DNA of 64,000 nucleotides from an uncultured Bacteroidales bacterium (lineage in GTDB: Bacteria; Bacteroidota; Bacteroidia; Bacteroidales; JAADJA01). The position numbers and the translations under genes are program-made. Within the stretch, counting starts at the first letter, position 1, and every line of letters begins with the position of its first letter. A model generated the notes under the pieces. It did no database searches, had not been told where the DNA came from, and saw nothing but the letters and a program-made list of their open reading frames with translations. The stretch lies in contig CAVPSZ010000036.1 in the NCBI GenBank assembly GCA_963708435.1, positions 17,884 through 81,883 on the forward strand. Direction: 5' to 3'. Of this stretch, positions 1 through 11,329 are shown piece after piece.

Positions 1-2203
1 ACATTTTTGCAAATTTCATAGGCTATAATAAGACCACAATCGGGGAAATAATGGTCACACCTAAATCAAAAACCGTCGACCTGGGCGTCATTTATCTCGA
101 GCCCGCTTCTACCAGTCTCGAAGGGGTAGAAATTACAGCCGACAAGCAGAGGATCGAATACAAGATCGACAAGAAGATTGTTAACGTGAGCCAGGACCTG
201 ATGGCATCAGGAAGTTCGGCTGTTGCCGTACTCGAAAATGTACCTTCGGTGAATGTGGATATTGAGGGGAATGTGAGCCTGAGAGGTTCTTCCAACTACC
301 AGGTCTTGGTCGATGGCCGTCCCAGTGTTTTGACAAGGCAGCGATGCGCTTCAGCAGATACCGGCCAGCAGCATCGACCGGATTGAGATCATTACCAATC
401 CATCGGCCAAATACGACCCCGACGGAACGGGAGGGATCATCAACGTGATCATGAAGAAGCAAAAGAGCCCGGGTATTAATGGCATTGTTAATCTCTCCAT
501 CGGAACTAAAAATAAATACAGGGCGGATGCATTGCTTAATTACCGGACCAAAAACTTCAACCTGTTCGGAGGATTGGATGGAAACTATAACCAGTTCGGT
601 ATGAAAGGCGAGTCGGAATATGAAACCTATTTTGGCGATTCCACCAGTTTCAGGGATTCGGAAATGAAAGGAGAAATGCTGCGAAAAGGCTATGGCATCA
701 AGGCAGGAATCGATTATTACATGAGTGAGCGATCTACCCTTACCTTTTCGGGCAGATACGGAGGCTATGGTTTCGACAGGGACGGCACCTCATCCCGTCA
801 TATTTATTCTGATCCTATCGGATTTGATGAATATTCGCAGTCGCAGACCATCATGGACAGGGGAGGTGATTTTTATGAGCTGAACATGAATTATGTTCTT
901 AAGCTCGATGATAAAGGCCATCAACTGGAAGCGCTTGCATTTTATTCGAACCGGAACGGGGATGATACGGAGGAACAAAAGGATTATATAACCGATTCGG
1001 ATTGGAACATCATTCCAGATTCCGTCCCAGAAATAATACGTACTACCGAAGGGGAGAATTCCGATGAGTTCAGGCTGAAAGCTGATTACACCAAACCTAT
1101 CGGTAAGGACGGCAAGATTGAAGCAGGCTATCAGAGCCGCATAGAACTGGAGTACGAGGATTTCCTGTTCCAGGACTATGACTACCTGACGGGAGAATGG
1201 GTAGAGAATGATCTCTATACTACCGATGCTGATTTTAAGGATAATATCCATGCTGTTTACGGTACTTTTTCAAATACATGGAAAAGCTTCGGGTATCAGC
1301 TTGGGCTGCGCGGCGAATACACCGACCGTAAGATCGACAATGCATCTTCACCCGAAGCCTATACGCTCAACAGGTTTGATTATTTTCCGACCCTTCATAT
1401 TTCAAAGCAGTTTAAAAATGACCACCAGGTCATTGCGAGCTACAGCCGCAGGATCGAAAGGCCGGATGGAAGACAGCTTGATCCGTTTCCGCAGTATATG
1501 GATCCCTATAACATTCGTGTTGGCAATCCCGACCTGGAACCGGAGTATATTAATTCGCTGGAATTGAATTATCAGAAAAAGATCAAGAACTCCTTTGTTT
1601 CATTGGAGGGATATTACAGGATCAATACCAATAAAATAACTGAGGTTAAGTCGGTTCAGGATAACGGTGTTGTTCTTCATACCTATCAGAACATGAATAA
1701 GGATTATTCGCTTGGTGCGGAATTGATGGGTAATCTTGACTTACTAAAATGGTTATTGATAAACGCAAGTGTAAATATTTTCGATTATCGGCTGGTTGGC
1801 ACCGTTGATGGCGAAGATGTTAGATAAAAGCTCATTAAACTGGAACGGCAAGCTTAACCTGACCCTGAAATTAAAACACGATATCCGCGGCCAGATTTCA
1901 AGCATTTACCAGGGAAAGTCAGTCACGGCGCAGGGAACGCAGGAAGGATTTCCGGTGCTTAATCTTGCACTGCGGAAAGACTTTTTCAGCAAGAAACTGT
2001 CCGCCACTTTATCAGTAAGGGACTTACTGATGACGGCCAAACGAGAATCCACTTCAAGCGGTGCAGATTTTTATTCGCATGATAAATTTAAGCGCGAAGC
2101 TCCTGTTCTTACACTTGATATAAGCTATACGATCAACAATTACAAAAAACAGCGCACCGGACGATCTGAAGATGGTAACCAGGAGATGGATATGGAATTT
2201 TAA
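1..2203 (+). pseudogene. TonB-dependent outer-membrane receptor; the 5' end lies outside the window and the gene is interrupted by two +/-1 frameshifts
   Basis: The frame is open from nt 3 (IFANFIGYNKTTIGEI...). A plug-domain motif NVSLRGSSNYQVLVDGRPSV lies in ORF 51-386. The protein continues in a second frame as DALQQIPASSIDRIEIITNPSAKYDPDGTGGIINV (5' extension of ORF 445-1827) and in a third frame as SLNWNGKLNLTLKL... (ORF 1796-2203). The shifts lie near 331-345 and 1815-1825. Confidence 0.85.
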
Positions 2204-2237
2204 TCAGGCCGAAAACCGGATGGTGATTATTCCAAGT

Positions 2238-2816
2238 CTATTCATTGATCAGGTTGAACCCGAGATAAATTTGGAAAACACTGTTCTGATAAGTAACATC
2301 TGTTCCCTCGGCTGAAGTTTCTTCGAGATCCATTTTGAAAGGAAATCCATAATTATACCTAAAGCCGGAGTTCAGTTTTTGATTGATATTAAATCTAACT
2401 CCAAAATCGATCCCGCAATCGAAACTGTTAAGAATTTCTTCGCCCGATATCATATAACCCAGCTCAGGTCCAACCTCGAATTCAATTAAAGCTGCAGGGC
2501 GATAGATCAGCATAATGGGCCAGTTCAGATAATTCAGACTGACATTAACGGTTTCGCCATTTATTTCAGTTTTATAACCCTTGTTTGAAAATAAAAGCTC
2601 TACCTGCCAGAGAAGGTAGTCATTAAAAGGTTGCTGAAGATAGCTGCCGGCATGAAAGGATATGCGGGAACTGTAAGGATTGTTCAAATCCTCCCCCGAT
2701 TTGGTAACGATGATCCGCGACAGGTTTGCCCCGGCTTTCAGTCCGCCTTTCATTTGGCCAAAGGAGACTATGGTTAATGAAATCAGAATGAAAATAACAG
2801 GGATGGTACGTTTCAT
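2238..2816 (-). CDS. Outer-membrane beta-barrel (porin-family) protein
   Basis: 192 aa with an N-terminal signal peptide (MKRTIPVIFILISLTIVSFGQ). The rest shows an alternating hydrophobic beta-strand pattern with Gly/aromatic-rich turns, typical of small Bacteroidota OMP barrels. Confidence 0.6.
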   Translation of the reverse strand: MKRTIPVIFILISLTIVSFGQMKGGLKAGANLSRIIVTKSGEDLNNPYSSRISFHAGSYLQQPFNDYLLWQVELLFSNKGYKTEINGETVNVSLNYLNWPIMLIYRPAALIEFEVGPELGYMISGEEILNSFDCGIDFGVRFNINQKLNSGFRYNYGFPFKMDLEETSAEGTDVTYQNSVFQIYLGFNLINE

Positions 2817-2980
2817 TTTTAGATGATTTATTGAAATTGAGTTATCGGAATATCGTATTCCGGAAGTATTGATAACATTAAAATCTGACCTGATGCCCGA
2901 TCGTGAAAACTTTTATAAATGTGTACGCGGGTTATTCATTTTCAGAATATCCGGATAACAATTGTTGTGAAATAAAACAG

Positions 2981-3196
2981 TTAAGACTTCTCTTCTTTTT
3001 TATGGCAGCTGATGTGAACTACTAATCCAAAAATTGCGAAGAGGATAAAAGTATTCGCCGCCCAGAAGAACCAGCTGAAGTTACTTACCCCAATAAACTC
3101 ACCGACAAAATACCCGATGATGCCGCAAATAATAAAGAGAGCACCAATACCACCGGAAATCAATCCGATATACCTGCAAATCTGACCTAATTTCAT
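2981..3196 (-). CDS. Small hypothetical membrane protein (2-3 TM helices)
   Basis: 71 aa, almost entirely hydrophobic helices with a charged KKEEKS tail. I recognise no family. Confidence 0.35.
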   Translation of the reverse strand: MKLGQICRYIGLISGGIGALFIICGIIGYFVGEFIGVSNFSWFFWAANTFILFAIFGLVVHISCHKKEEKS

Positions 3197-3238
3197 ATAA
3201 ATTTTATTTTATTTAGCCTCCAAATGTACAAATAGTTT

Positions 3239-5527
3239 TTAATCTGTTGTGATTTGAACAATAAACCGGGGACGGTCGATGGCATAGCTGTTGCTGCCGC
3301 CCTCCTGTTTGACAAGATCATTACGTGTTCCAAAAGTTATTCGTTCGGGAGCAATTCCTTTTTCATTAAAATATTTCACGATAGTTTCTTGTCGTAACGA
3401 GATCAGCTTCAGGACGGCTTCTTTTGCAATGGTTTCACCGATAAGCAACCTGCATTTCTTTTGCACCGGTATATAACTCTCTTTAAAACTCATGATTTCA
3501 TCGACCCAATTGATAAAAAGCGAGTCTTTGATCGAAATAGCATTGATTTCGCTCATTACCTCTTCATCAAATTCAATCTTTTCCGGCTCGGTATTTCTGA
3601 TTTCCCTTGCATAATAAATTTTCTTTGCCTCTGATGCAGCGTAATAATCAATCTCTTCAACCGTGTCGACGAGTTGTATCAGCATATAATTCAATTCTTC
3701 TTTTTGCTTAAGTATTTTCGATAATGGGTCGAGTGATTTGATCTGGTATTTGCCAATTTCAGTATCGAGGTAATTGAATTGAATTTCTTTAAGCTCATCT
3801 TCTTTTCCTCCAAAGGCATCGGCAAGCAGTCTGAAGGGAGCGGACGCCACTTTTACAAGAAGATTTTTAAGGATTTTCCAGATCACTTTTCCAATTTTAA
3901 ATTCCGGATCGTTAAGGCTTCCTTCAACTGGTATTTCAAGATTGATATTCCCGTGAACATCTTTCAGGATTGCAACTGCGAGCTTTATAGGTATATCAAT
4001 AGCATTCAGACTTTGTGTCTTCGGCCCGAATTTGAATCCGACAATATTTATTTTATTTATACTGTTCAGTTTCCCCTTGTGTATAGTTGTTCTGCTTGAA
4101 TAATTCAGGACAGCTTTGCTGATGGGGTAGGAGACATAATAAGCAGAGTAGGGAGTAAGTTCGGCAAGGTTCGTTTCATAAAAGTCATAATTGACCACCA
4201 TATTATTGAAGTTTTGCGGATCTATAGTGATTTCGGCCACACCTTTACTTTCTCCGTTCATAAGAACACTCATATCGAAATTAATAGAATCGGCATGCGA
4301 ATCGATATGTTTAGATCGTATGTTCATATCGGTAATTGAATAGCTGAAGGTTTCGTCCAGTGTAAAATCGTTATATTGAAGCTTGCCCCGGCTGACATTC
4401 AGACTGTCGAATACATAGTCGGTAGCTGTATAGGTTCGGGCAATATCCCTTATGTAATATGCCATCAGGGCGAAAACATTGTATGTGTTAAAATGCTCTT
4501 CGTTGGCGCTGGTATCATTGGTCAGGCTATCGAGACCAGCATCAGGAATCAGTAAAGACCAGTTATCACCCTCGTCATACATTTCAACGAGGACATAGGG
4601 ATCATTGATATTGATGGAATTGAGCCGGTATAGATCATTTTTGATGTTAAGGGTATCAATACCTATAGAAAGATTTTTAAGCGTGCAGATATTCTGGTTC
4701 CTAATATCCGACATTGCGAAATTGTCTATATCAAATTCTCCGCTTATTGCGATTTCGGTTGTTTCGTTAAGGTTCATGAAAAGATGCAGATCATTGGTAA
4801 GTTCCCCTTCGAGTTCCGAAATATTTATATATTCTTTCAGGGGCGCTGTAAATGGCCCGACATTCAGCCTGTTCATTTTAATGGTTGAATGCAGGTTATT
4901 TTCTTTAAGATCAATTAACACAGTAAAATTTGCATTTCCTCCCGATTTCATCCCGAAATTTAATTCGGCAAGAAGGGTGTCAATGTTCCATGCTATTCCG
5001 GGACTTGTTAAATTAAGTTCTTCGGCTACAAGCGTGGTGTTGAACATTTGATCTGAATATAAAATGATACCATCTTGAATTGAAATATTGATCAGGCTCC
5101 ATTTTGCAGGCTCCGATTTTGTTGTATCGTTTGATTCGATGATGGTTGTATCCTGTTTTGAAGTAAGAAGGTCATCAAAATTGAATTTTCCGTCAACAAG
5201 GACAATGTTCGCATAGGGTTTGATAAGGTCAATATTTTTAAAAGTGTACTCAGACTTTAGCATATCCATTAATACTACTCTTACACCCAACTTTTCAAAA
5301 CCTACAAACACTGTTTTTCCGTCAATTTCATAAACTTTAAAATCCGTGATCATGACCCTGCCCCGAAAGTAATTGATGCTGATCCCACCGATTGTTACCT
5401 GCCTGCCGATCAACGATTCATCTTTCATCTCAATGATTTTTTTTAAAATTGAAGGTAGAAAGATAAGGAAAGCAATCAGCAGTATTGCTATGCCAAGCGA
5501 AAAGCCGATCAGTGCCTTTTTCAACAT
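3239..5527 (-). CDS. Large envelope protein, DUF748/AsmA-like
   Basis: 762 aa with a single N-terminal TM anchor (LIGFSLGIAILLIAFLIFL). It then has a long repetitive beta-rich region like AsmA/DUF748-type proteins. The family call is from recall only. Confidence 0.5.
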   Translation of the reverse strand: MLKKALIGFSLGIAILLIAFLIFLPSILKKIIEMKDESLIGRQVTIGGISINYFRGRVMITDFKVYEIDGKTVFVGFEKLGVRVVLMDMLKSEYTFKNIDLIKPYANIVLVDGKFNFDDLLTSKQDTTIIESNDTTKSEPAKWSLINISIQDGIILYSDQMFNTTLVAEELNLTSPGIAWNIDTLLAELNFGMKSGGNANFTVLIDLKENNLHSTIKMNRLNVGPFTAPLKEYINISELEGELTNDLHLFMNLNETTEIAISGEFDIDNFAMSDIRNQNICTLKNLSIGIDTLNIKNDLYRLNSININDPYVLVEMYDEGDNWSLLIPDAGLDSLTNDTSANEEHFNTYNVFALMAYYIRDIARTYTATDYVFDSLNVSRGKLQYNDFTLDETFSYSITDMNIRSKHIDSHADSINFDMSVLMNGESKGVAEITIDPQNFNNMVVNYDFYETNLAELTPYSAYYVSYPISKAVLNYSSRTTIHKGKLNSINKINIVGFKFGPKTQSLNAIDIPIKLAVAILKDVHGNINLEIPVEGSLNDPEFKIGKVIWKILKNLLVKVASAPFRLLADAFGGKEDELKEIQFNYLDTEIGKYQIKSLDPLSKILKQKEELNYMLIQLVDTVEEIDYYAASEAKKIYYAREIRNTEPEKIEFDEEVMSEINAISIKDSLFINWVDEIMSFKESYIPVQKKCRLLIGETIAKEAVLKLISLRQETIVKYFNEKGIAPERITFGTRNDLVKQEGGSNSYAIDRPRFIVQITTD

Positions 5528-5619
5528 ATTGATAAAATTAAAGGCCTAAAATTAACCAAATTTAATTTTTTTTGTTAATCTGAATTAATGCAAGGTATAA
5601 AATCCTTCAAGGATTAAAT

Positions 5620-5627
5620 TACTTTTG
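5620..5627 (+). promoter_or_regulatory. Bacteroidota sigma-A -7 box (TACTTTTG)
   Basis: Matches the TAnnTTTG consensus 25 nt upstream of the ccsBA ATG. It is immediately preceded by the palindrome AATCCTTCAAGGATT (5601-5615). Confidence 0.5.
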
Positions 5628-5651
5628 CTGAAATTTTATTCTGAATCATAG

Positions 5652-8600
5652 ATGAAAAAACTTAAGGATTTTATTTTTTCCTTGGAGCTAACGGGATTGT
5701 TGTTATTAATGTTCGCAGTCTCCATAGGCTATGCCACTTTTATCGAAAACGATTTCGGCACGATCGCTGCCAAATCAAGCGTTTATAATGCACTTTGGTT
5801 TGAGATTTTATTATTGATCCTTGCGGTTAATATGACCGGAAGTATTTTCAAACACAAAATGTACAATCGGAAAAAATGGCCTATTCTTTTATTTCATATC
5901 TCCTTTCTTGTAATTCTTGCAGGAGCAACCATAACCCGGTATATCAGTTATGAGGGGATGATGAGAATAAGAGAGGGAGAAACCACAAACCAGTTGATTT
6001 CTGATAAGACCTACATCCGTTTATGGGCTGAAAACGGACCCATACCTTATTATAGCGAGGAAGCTGTATTGGCAACACGGGCTTCTGCCGGAAGCCTTAA
6101 GGATGAGTTTACCTATAATGATAAGTCTGTTAAGTTTGAAGCGCTTGATTATTTTACTAATCCCGCAGAAACCGTGATCGAAGGTGAAGGAGATCCGTTG
6201 CTGTGGCTGGTGGTTTCAGATAAAATGTCGGGACGTGAGGATGTGTATTTCAGAAAAGGAGATGTAAAAAAGATTGGCTCGGCAACGATTACTTTTGATG
6301 CTGAACCTCTTGAAGGGGCAATAAATATCATATCGGCACCCGAAGGACTAAGATTTAAAGCGCCTGACTCTGTAAGTTATATGAATATGGCAGCTAATAT
6401 TACAGAAATATTATTACCTGATTCAATTCATCCGATGCAGCAAATGTCTTTGTACCGTGTCGGCAACGTAAGCATGGTTGTCAAATCCTTTTACGAAAAG
6501 GCTAAAATCGGATTGACAAGCAGTGCGGGACAGGAAGGTATGAACCAAATGGATGCTATAACCTTGCGGATCAGCGTGGACAATGAAATTTCAGACATCA
6601 ATGTTTTTGGTGGGCAGGGTTTTATTGGACAAACTGCTGAAACTACAGTTAATGGAATTAAATTCAAGATTAGTTTTGGTGCTAAAATAATCGAACTTCC
6701 ATTTTCCATTAAACTCAATGATTTCCAGCTTGAACGCTACCCCGGATCACACAGTCCTTCTTCCTATGCCAGTGAAATTACCGTCATAGATGAAAGGAAA
6801 AGCCTTGAAATGCCTTTCCGGATATATATGAATCACGTGCTGAATCATGGAGGTTATCGTTTCTTTCAATCTTCTTATGATAAGGATGAACTTGGAACCA
6901 TTTTGTCCGTAAATCATGATGCAGCTGGAACTGCTGTGACCTACCTCGGCTATTTGCTGATGACCTTAGGAATGATTTTTACGCTTTTCAGCGGAAACAG
7001 CCGTTTCAATACACTTGGAAAACTGTCGGCTCAAATGCGAAACTCCCGGAAAGCAATGAATTTGCCGGTACTTCTGATCGGTATTATAATCTTACTGACA
7101 TTACCAAACAATACAGTAAATGCTCAAAATGTCTCCGGTGAATTACCTATTATTGATAAGGATCATGCCGCCAGGTTTGGCAAACTTATTTTGCAGGATA
7201 AAGACGGACGGATGGTACCTGTAAATACTTTGAGCTCCGAAGTGCTCAGAAAAATTGTACGAAAAAATTCTTTTGAGGGAATGAATCCGGAGCAGGTTTT
7301 TCTGGGTATTTTAGTTTACCCTGATCTATGGCAAACCACTCCAATTATTAAGGTATCCAATCCTGAACTTGAGGATTTTTTGAAGCTGAATGGAAAGTTT
7401 GCTTCCTTTAATCAAATTGTGGATATTCATAGCGCAGAGGGCTATAAATTGAGCGAGTATGTGGAGAAAGCTTATACCAAAAAAGCATCTGCACAGAATA
7501 AGTTCGATAAAGAGGTAATGAAGGTGGATGAAAGGTTGAATATTTTTTATATGGTCTATTCCGGCACATTCCTAACTGTATTTCCAATTCCGGAGGATGA
7601 AAATCATAAATGGATTACCTCAGCGGATGCTGACAAATTTTTTAAGGGTGAAGAAGCTTTGTTTGTCAGTGGTATTTTTTCAATGTATACAGAAGAAGTC
7701 AGGAAAGCGGTTAAGTCGGGCGATTGGACTGAGGCTGATAAGCACCTTGATTATATTCTTCAGTTTCAGAAAAAATATGGAGCTAAAATTTACCCTTCTG
7801 ATTCGAAAATCAACCTCGAGATATTTTATAATAAATTTAATGTGTTTAAAAGGTTGGCGGGATATTATGGCCTGATTGGATTTGTCCTGATCGTTCTTCA
7901 TTTTATTAACATACTCAAACCCCGGATCAATCTGCGTAAGATTATCAGAATTGCGTCATGGCTGATAGTCGTATTATTTTTAATGCATACTGCCGGCCTT
8001 GTATTGCGATGGTACATTTCAGGACACGCTCCATGGAGCAATGGGTATGAATCAATGATATACATCGGCTGGGCTACCATTCTTTCAGGATTGATTTTCG
8101 TCCGTCGTTCGGAAATAACCCTTGCAGTGACTGCTTTGCTTGCATCACTCATTCTTTCCGTTGCAGGCATGAGCTGGATGGACCCCGAAATAACCACCCT
8201 TGTTCCTGTCCTTAAATCATACTGGCTGATTATCCACGTAGCGATCATTACAGCAAGCTATGGATTTTTTGCATTGGGTGCATTGCTTGGATTTTTCAAC
8301 CTTGTTCTTATGAATTTAAAATCGAAAAATAATCATATCCGGCTCGAAATGACGATTGCTGAACTTTCATTCATCATCGAGATGACCCTGATAATTGGTT
8401 TATTTATGATGACCATTGGTACATTCCTTGGAGGGGTCTGGGCCAACGAATCATGGGGACGATACTGGGGTTGGGATCCTAAAGAAACATGGGCTCTTGT
8501 TACAGTACTGGTTTATTCCTTTGTCGCTCACATGCGATTCATCCCTGGTTTTAGAGGCAACTTTGCTTATAGCTTGGCATCTCTGATCAGTTTCAGCACG

Positions 8601-8777
8601 GTATTAATGACCTATTTTGGTGTTAATTATTACCTGTCGGGGTTACATTCTTATGCAAAGGGCGACCCGGTGCCGGTCCCGACTTTTGTTTATTATACCG
8701 TTGCTGTGATTGCTTTGGTAAGTATTGCCGCCTTTATTTCGAACCGTCGGTTCGAAAAGTTGAAACCTGCTGAGTAA
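5652..8777 (+). CDS. ccsBA: System II cytochrome c biogenesis protein, fused ResB/CcsB-CcsA (CcsBA)
   Basis: 1041 aa. The N-terminal half is ResB-like with TM helices and a large soluble loop. The C-terminal half is a polytopic CcsA with the Trp-rich WWD heme-handling motif WGRYWGWDPKETWALV. Confidence 0.85.
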   Translation: MKKLKDFIFSLELTGLLLLMFAVSIGYATFIENDFGTIAAKSSVYNALWFEILLLILAVNMTGSIFKHKMYNRKKWPILLFHISFLVILAGATITRYISYEGMMRIREGETTNQLISDKTYIRLWAENGPIPYYSEEAVLATRASAGSLKDEFTYNDKSVKFEALDYFTNPAETVIEGEGDPLLWLVVSDKMSGREDVYFRKGDVKKIGSATITFDAEPLEGAINIISAPEGLRFKAPDSVSYMNMAANITEILLPDSIHPMQQMSLYRVGNVSMVVKSFYEKAKIGLTSSAGQEGMNQMDAITLRISVDNEISDINVFGGQGFIGQTAETTVNGIKFKISFGAKIIELPFSIKLNDFQLERYPGSHSPSSYASEITVIDERKSLEMPFRIYMNHVLNHGGYRFFQSSYDKDELGTILSVNHDAAGTAVTYLGYLLMTLGMIFTLFSGNSRFNTLGKLSAQMRNSRKAMNLPVLLIGIIILLTLPNNTVNAQNVSGELPIIDKDHAARFGKLILQDKDGRMVPVNTLSSEVLRKIVRKNSFEGMNPEQVFLGILVYPDLWQTTPIIKVSNPELEDFLKLNGKFASFNQIVDIHSAEGYKLSEYVEKAYTKKASAQNKFDKEVMKVDERLNIFYMVYSGTFLTVFPIPEDENHKWITSADADKFFKGEEALFVSGIFSMYTEEVRKAVKSGDWTEADKHLDYILQFQKKYGAKIYPSDSKINLEIFYNKFNVFKRLAGYYGLIGFVLIVLHFINILKPRINLRKIIRIASWLIVVLFLMHTAGLVLRWYISGHAPWSNGYESMIYIGWATILSGLIFVRRSEITLAVTALLASLILSVAGMSWMDPEITTLVPVLKSYWLIIHVAIITASYGFFALGALLGFFNLVLMNLKSKNNHIRLEMTIAELSFIIEMTLIIGLFMMTIGTFLGGVWANESWGRYWGWDPKETWALVTVLVYSFVAHMRFIPGFRGNFAYSLASLISFSTVLMTYFGVNYYLSGLHSYAKGDPVPVPTFVYYTVAVIALVSIAAFISNRRFEKLKPAE

Positions 8778-8853
8778 TTGTCGATACAGGTATTTTGTCT
8801 TTTTTTTGTATTTCTGAACTATAAGGGTTAGTTCGTTTGATCTGCCTAAATTG

Positions 8854-8872
8854 GAGATAATTGGACTATTAT
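8854..8872. repeat. Direct repeat copy 1 (GAGATAATTGGACTATTAT)
   Basis: An exact 19-mer is shared with 11330-11348 (23/25 matches if extended 3'). It lies in the intergenic region after ccsBA. Confidence 0.8.
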
Positions 8873-8938
8873 TTATTTCAGGTGGGTACAATAAATCAAA
8901 TTATGGATTAATTTTACTTCCTGCTTAAGAGGTATTGC

Positions 8939-9418
8939 ATGATTCGGAAATTCAGTCCAGAAGACAAGGATTCAGTAATTGGCATACTGAATTATTATGT
9001 ACAGCATAGTTTTGCTGCTTATCCTGAAGAAGATTTTAATTACGACACCCTGAAAGGACTTTTTGAATTACCTGAAATTTATCCTTTTTACGTTATTGAA
9101 ATTGCCGGAAAAGTAATAGGGTTCGGTCTTCTGCACCCGCATTTGAAGATGTCAACCTTCAGGCATACGGCTAAAGTTACTTATTTTATTTTGCCGGAAT
9201 ACACTGCACAGGGATTGGGAAGTAAATTGCTTGACATGCTCCTTGTCGATGCAAATAAAAATGGTTTGGAGGTTATTCTTGCTAGCATTTCATCGTTCAA
9301 TACGGTAAGCCTCAATTTTCATCGGAAATATGGATTTGAGGAATGCGGGAGGTTTAAAAAGATTGGAAAAAAATTTAATAAAAATTTTGATGTGGTCTGG
9401 ATGCAGAAATTTCTTTAA
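8939..9418 (+). CDS. GNAT-family N-acetyltransferase (phosphinothricin-acetyltransferase-like)
   Basis: 159 aa. It has the acetyl-CoA binding motif region QGLGSKLLDMLL and the typical GNAT C-terminus HRKYGFEECGRFKKIG. Confidence 0.8.
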   Translation: MIRKFSPEDKDSVIGILNYYVQHSFAAYPEEDFNYDTLKGLFELPEIYPFYVIEIAGKVIGFGLLHPHLKMSTFRHTAKVTYFILPEYTAQGLGSKLLDMLLVDANKNGLEVILASISSFNTVSLNFHRKYGFEECGRFKKIGKKFNKNFDVVWMQKFL

Positions 9419-9523
9419 AGGTTCAAATATCTTTTCGGTATGGGATTCAATTTTTATCTTCAATGCAATCATTTTATAAATAGTTTTGTCTTTATACATG
9501 TATGATCTTAAAAGCAAAGACTT

Positions 9524-11236
9524 ATGAATAACCTAAAGAAAATAGTAACGATTATTATTAGTGTGATTGTTCCGGCCATTGTAATTGGTCAGAATAGCAT
9601 GAGCGGTAAGTCGAACCGTTCTTATATGCATCATGAGCAAAAAGATGATAATTACAATCCCGGAGGGACGCCCGACCTTGGAACCTTACCTGGATATAAA
9701 TTTGAAAGCAGCCTGGTTTTCATAACTCAGGTCAATGTTGATGAAAACGGAAATAATATAATTGGTGACGCTGCCAATGAACCTTCAATAGCTATAGATC
9801 CGACTGACCCTAACAGGATGGTGATTGGATGGCGACAGTTTGATGATGTGGGAAACAATTTCAGACAAGCCGGTTATGGTTATACTTCGGATGGAGGTGA
9901 GACCTGGAATTTCCCGGGAGTTATTGAACCTGGAGTATTTCGTTCAGACCCCGTTCTGGATGCAGATTCTGAGGGCAGGTTTTATTACAACAGCCTTACA
10001 AAAGATGATGTACCAACATACTGGTGCAATGTTTATCGCACTGAACCCGGTGGATTTACCTGGGATGAAGGTGCATTTGCCCAGGGTGGTGATAAACAAT
10101 GGATGGTGATAGATCGCTCCGGCGGAATGGGAGATGGTCATATTTATTCATTCTGGACATCGAGCTATAGTTATTGTTATCCAGGGGCCTTTACCAGATC
10201 AATCGATGGAGGAAATTCTTATGAGGATTGTGTTATAACTGATGGTGACCCCTACTGGGGCACAATGGCAGTTGGACCTGAGGGAGAGCTTTATATAGCC
10301 GGTTCCGGATCCTGGGATGGAATTATAGTTGCCAAATCTACAAATGCCCAGAATTCGGCAAATAACGTTACGTGGGATAGTTATACTTTGGTTAATATGG
10401 ATGGCTATTTAACCGGATGGACTGAAATCAATCCGGCAGGGTTACTTGGGCAGGCCAATGTTTGTGTTGATGCATCCGGAGGTCCAGGAAACGGAAATGT
10501 TTACGTCCTTGCTTCTGTTGCCCGCAATTCAGGTAGTGATCCTGCCGATGTTATGTTTTCGCGAAGTACAGATGGAGGTGCTAACTGGAGTGAACCGCAA
10601 CGCATTAATGATGATCTTGGCTGGAGCGACTACCAGTGGTTCGGAACCATGTCAGTAGCTCCTAACGGACGAATAGATGTTGTATGGCTTGATACGCGGG
10701 ACGACCCTTCAGGTAATACTTTGTCTGCCCTCTATTATTCATATTCTTTGGATGAGGGATTAACATGGTCGGCCAACGAAAAACTTTCGGATATTTTTCA
10801 TCCTCATATCGGATGGCCCCAGCAAGAGAAAATGGGTGATTATTTCGATATGGAATCCGATGTCAGTAGCGCTCACCTGGCCTGGGCTAGCACACTGAAC
10901 GGAGAGCAGGATATCTATTATGCACGCATCACTCCTCAGCTTACCGGAACTGATAAACCGATTGCGAAAATGGATGATCTCATGATTTCCAGCTATCCTA
11001 ATCCTTTTAAAGATAAGACAACGATTCGTTATACCTTGCAGTCCGACAGCGAAGTTAAAATTTTGGTTACGGATGTTTTTGGCAGAAGAATTAAAGACCT
11101 GGTTAATGAGCATCAAACATCAGGATTTCATGAAATATCAATATCCGCAGCAGACCTTCCTGTGGGAATCAGCTATTGCAGGATAGTGGCAGGTTCACAG
11201 ACTAAAACTATTAATCTGAGCAGAATTGATAAATAA
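9524..11236 (+). CDS. Secreted BNR/Asp-box repeat (sialidase-fold-like) protein with a T9SS C-terminal sorting domain
   Basis: It has a signal peptide and Asp-box motifs SDGGETW, SIDGGNSY, STDGGANW and SLDEGLTW. The C-terminal ~80 aa (SSYPNPFKDKTTIRYTL...CRIVAGSQTKTINLSRI) look like a T9SS type A CTD. Confidence 0.75.
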   Translation: MNNLKKIVTIIISVIVPAIVIGQNSMSGKSNRSYMHHEQKDDNYNPGGTPDLGTLPGYKFESSLVFITQVNVDENGNNIIGDAANEPSIAIDPTDPNRMVIGWRQFDDVGNNFRQAGYGYTSDGGETWNFPGVIEPGVFRSDPVLDADSEGRFYYNSLTKDDVPTYWCNVYRTEPGGFTWDEGAFAQGGDKQWMVIDRSGGMGDGHIYSFWTSSYSYCYPGAFTRSIDGGNSYEDCVITDGDPYWGTMAVGPEGELYIAGSGSWDGIIVAKSTNAQNSANNVTWDSYTLVNMDGYLTGWTEINPAGLLGQANVCVDASGGPGNGNVYVLASVARNSGSDPADVMFSRSTDGGANWSEPQRINDDLGWSDYQWFGTMSVAPNGRIDVVWLDTRDDPSGNTLSALYYSYSLDEGLTWSANEKLSDIFHPHIGWPQQEKMGDYFDMESDVSSAHLAWASTLNGEQDIYYARITPQLTGTDKPIAKMDDLMISSYPNPFKDKTTIRYTLQSDSEVKILVTDVFGRRIKDLVNEHQTSGFHEISISAADLPVGISYCRIVAGSQTKTINLSRIDK

Positions 11237-11329
11237 TACCAACCTTAATTTCAACCTCGTCAAAAGGATATTCTGGGATTCAGAGAGGTAAACGCCGATA
11301 GATAAAGATATATCGTTCAATTGAACAAA

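Noticed and set aside
2846-2862. The palindrome CGGAATA-TCG-TATTCCG between the small membrane protein gene and the OMP gene.
   Set aside because: It is a short 7-bp stem with no adjacent T-run on the transcribed (minus) strand and no second copy. That is too weak to call a terminator or operator.
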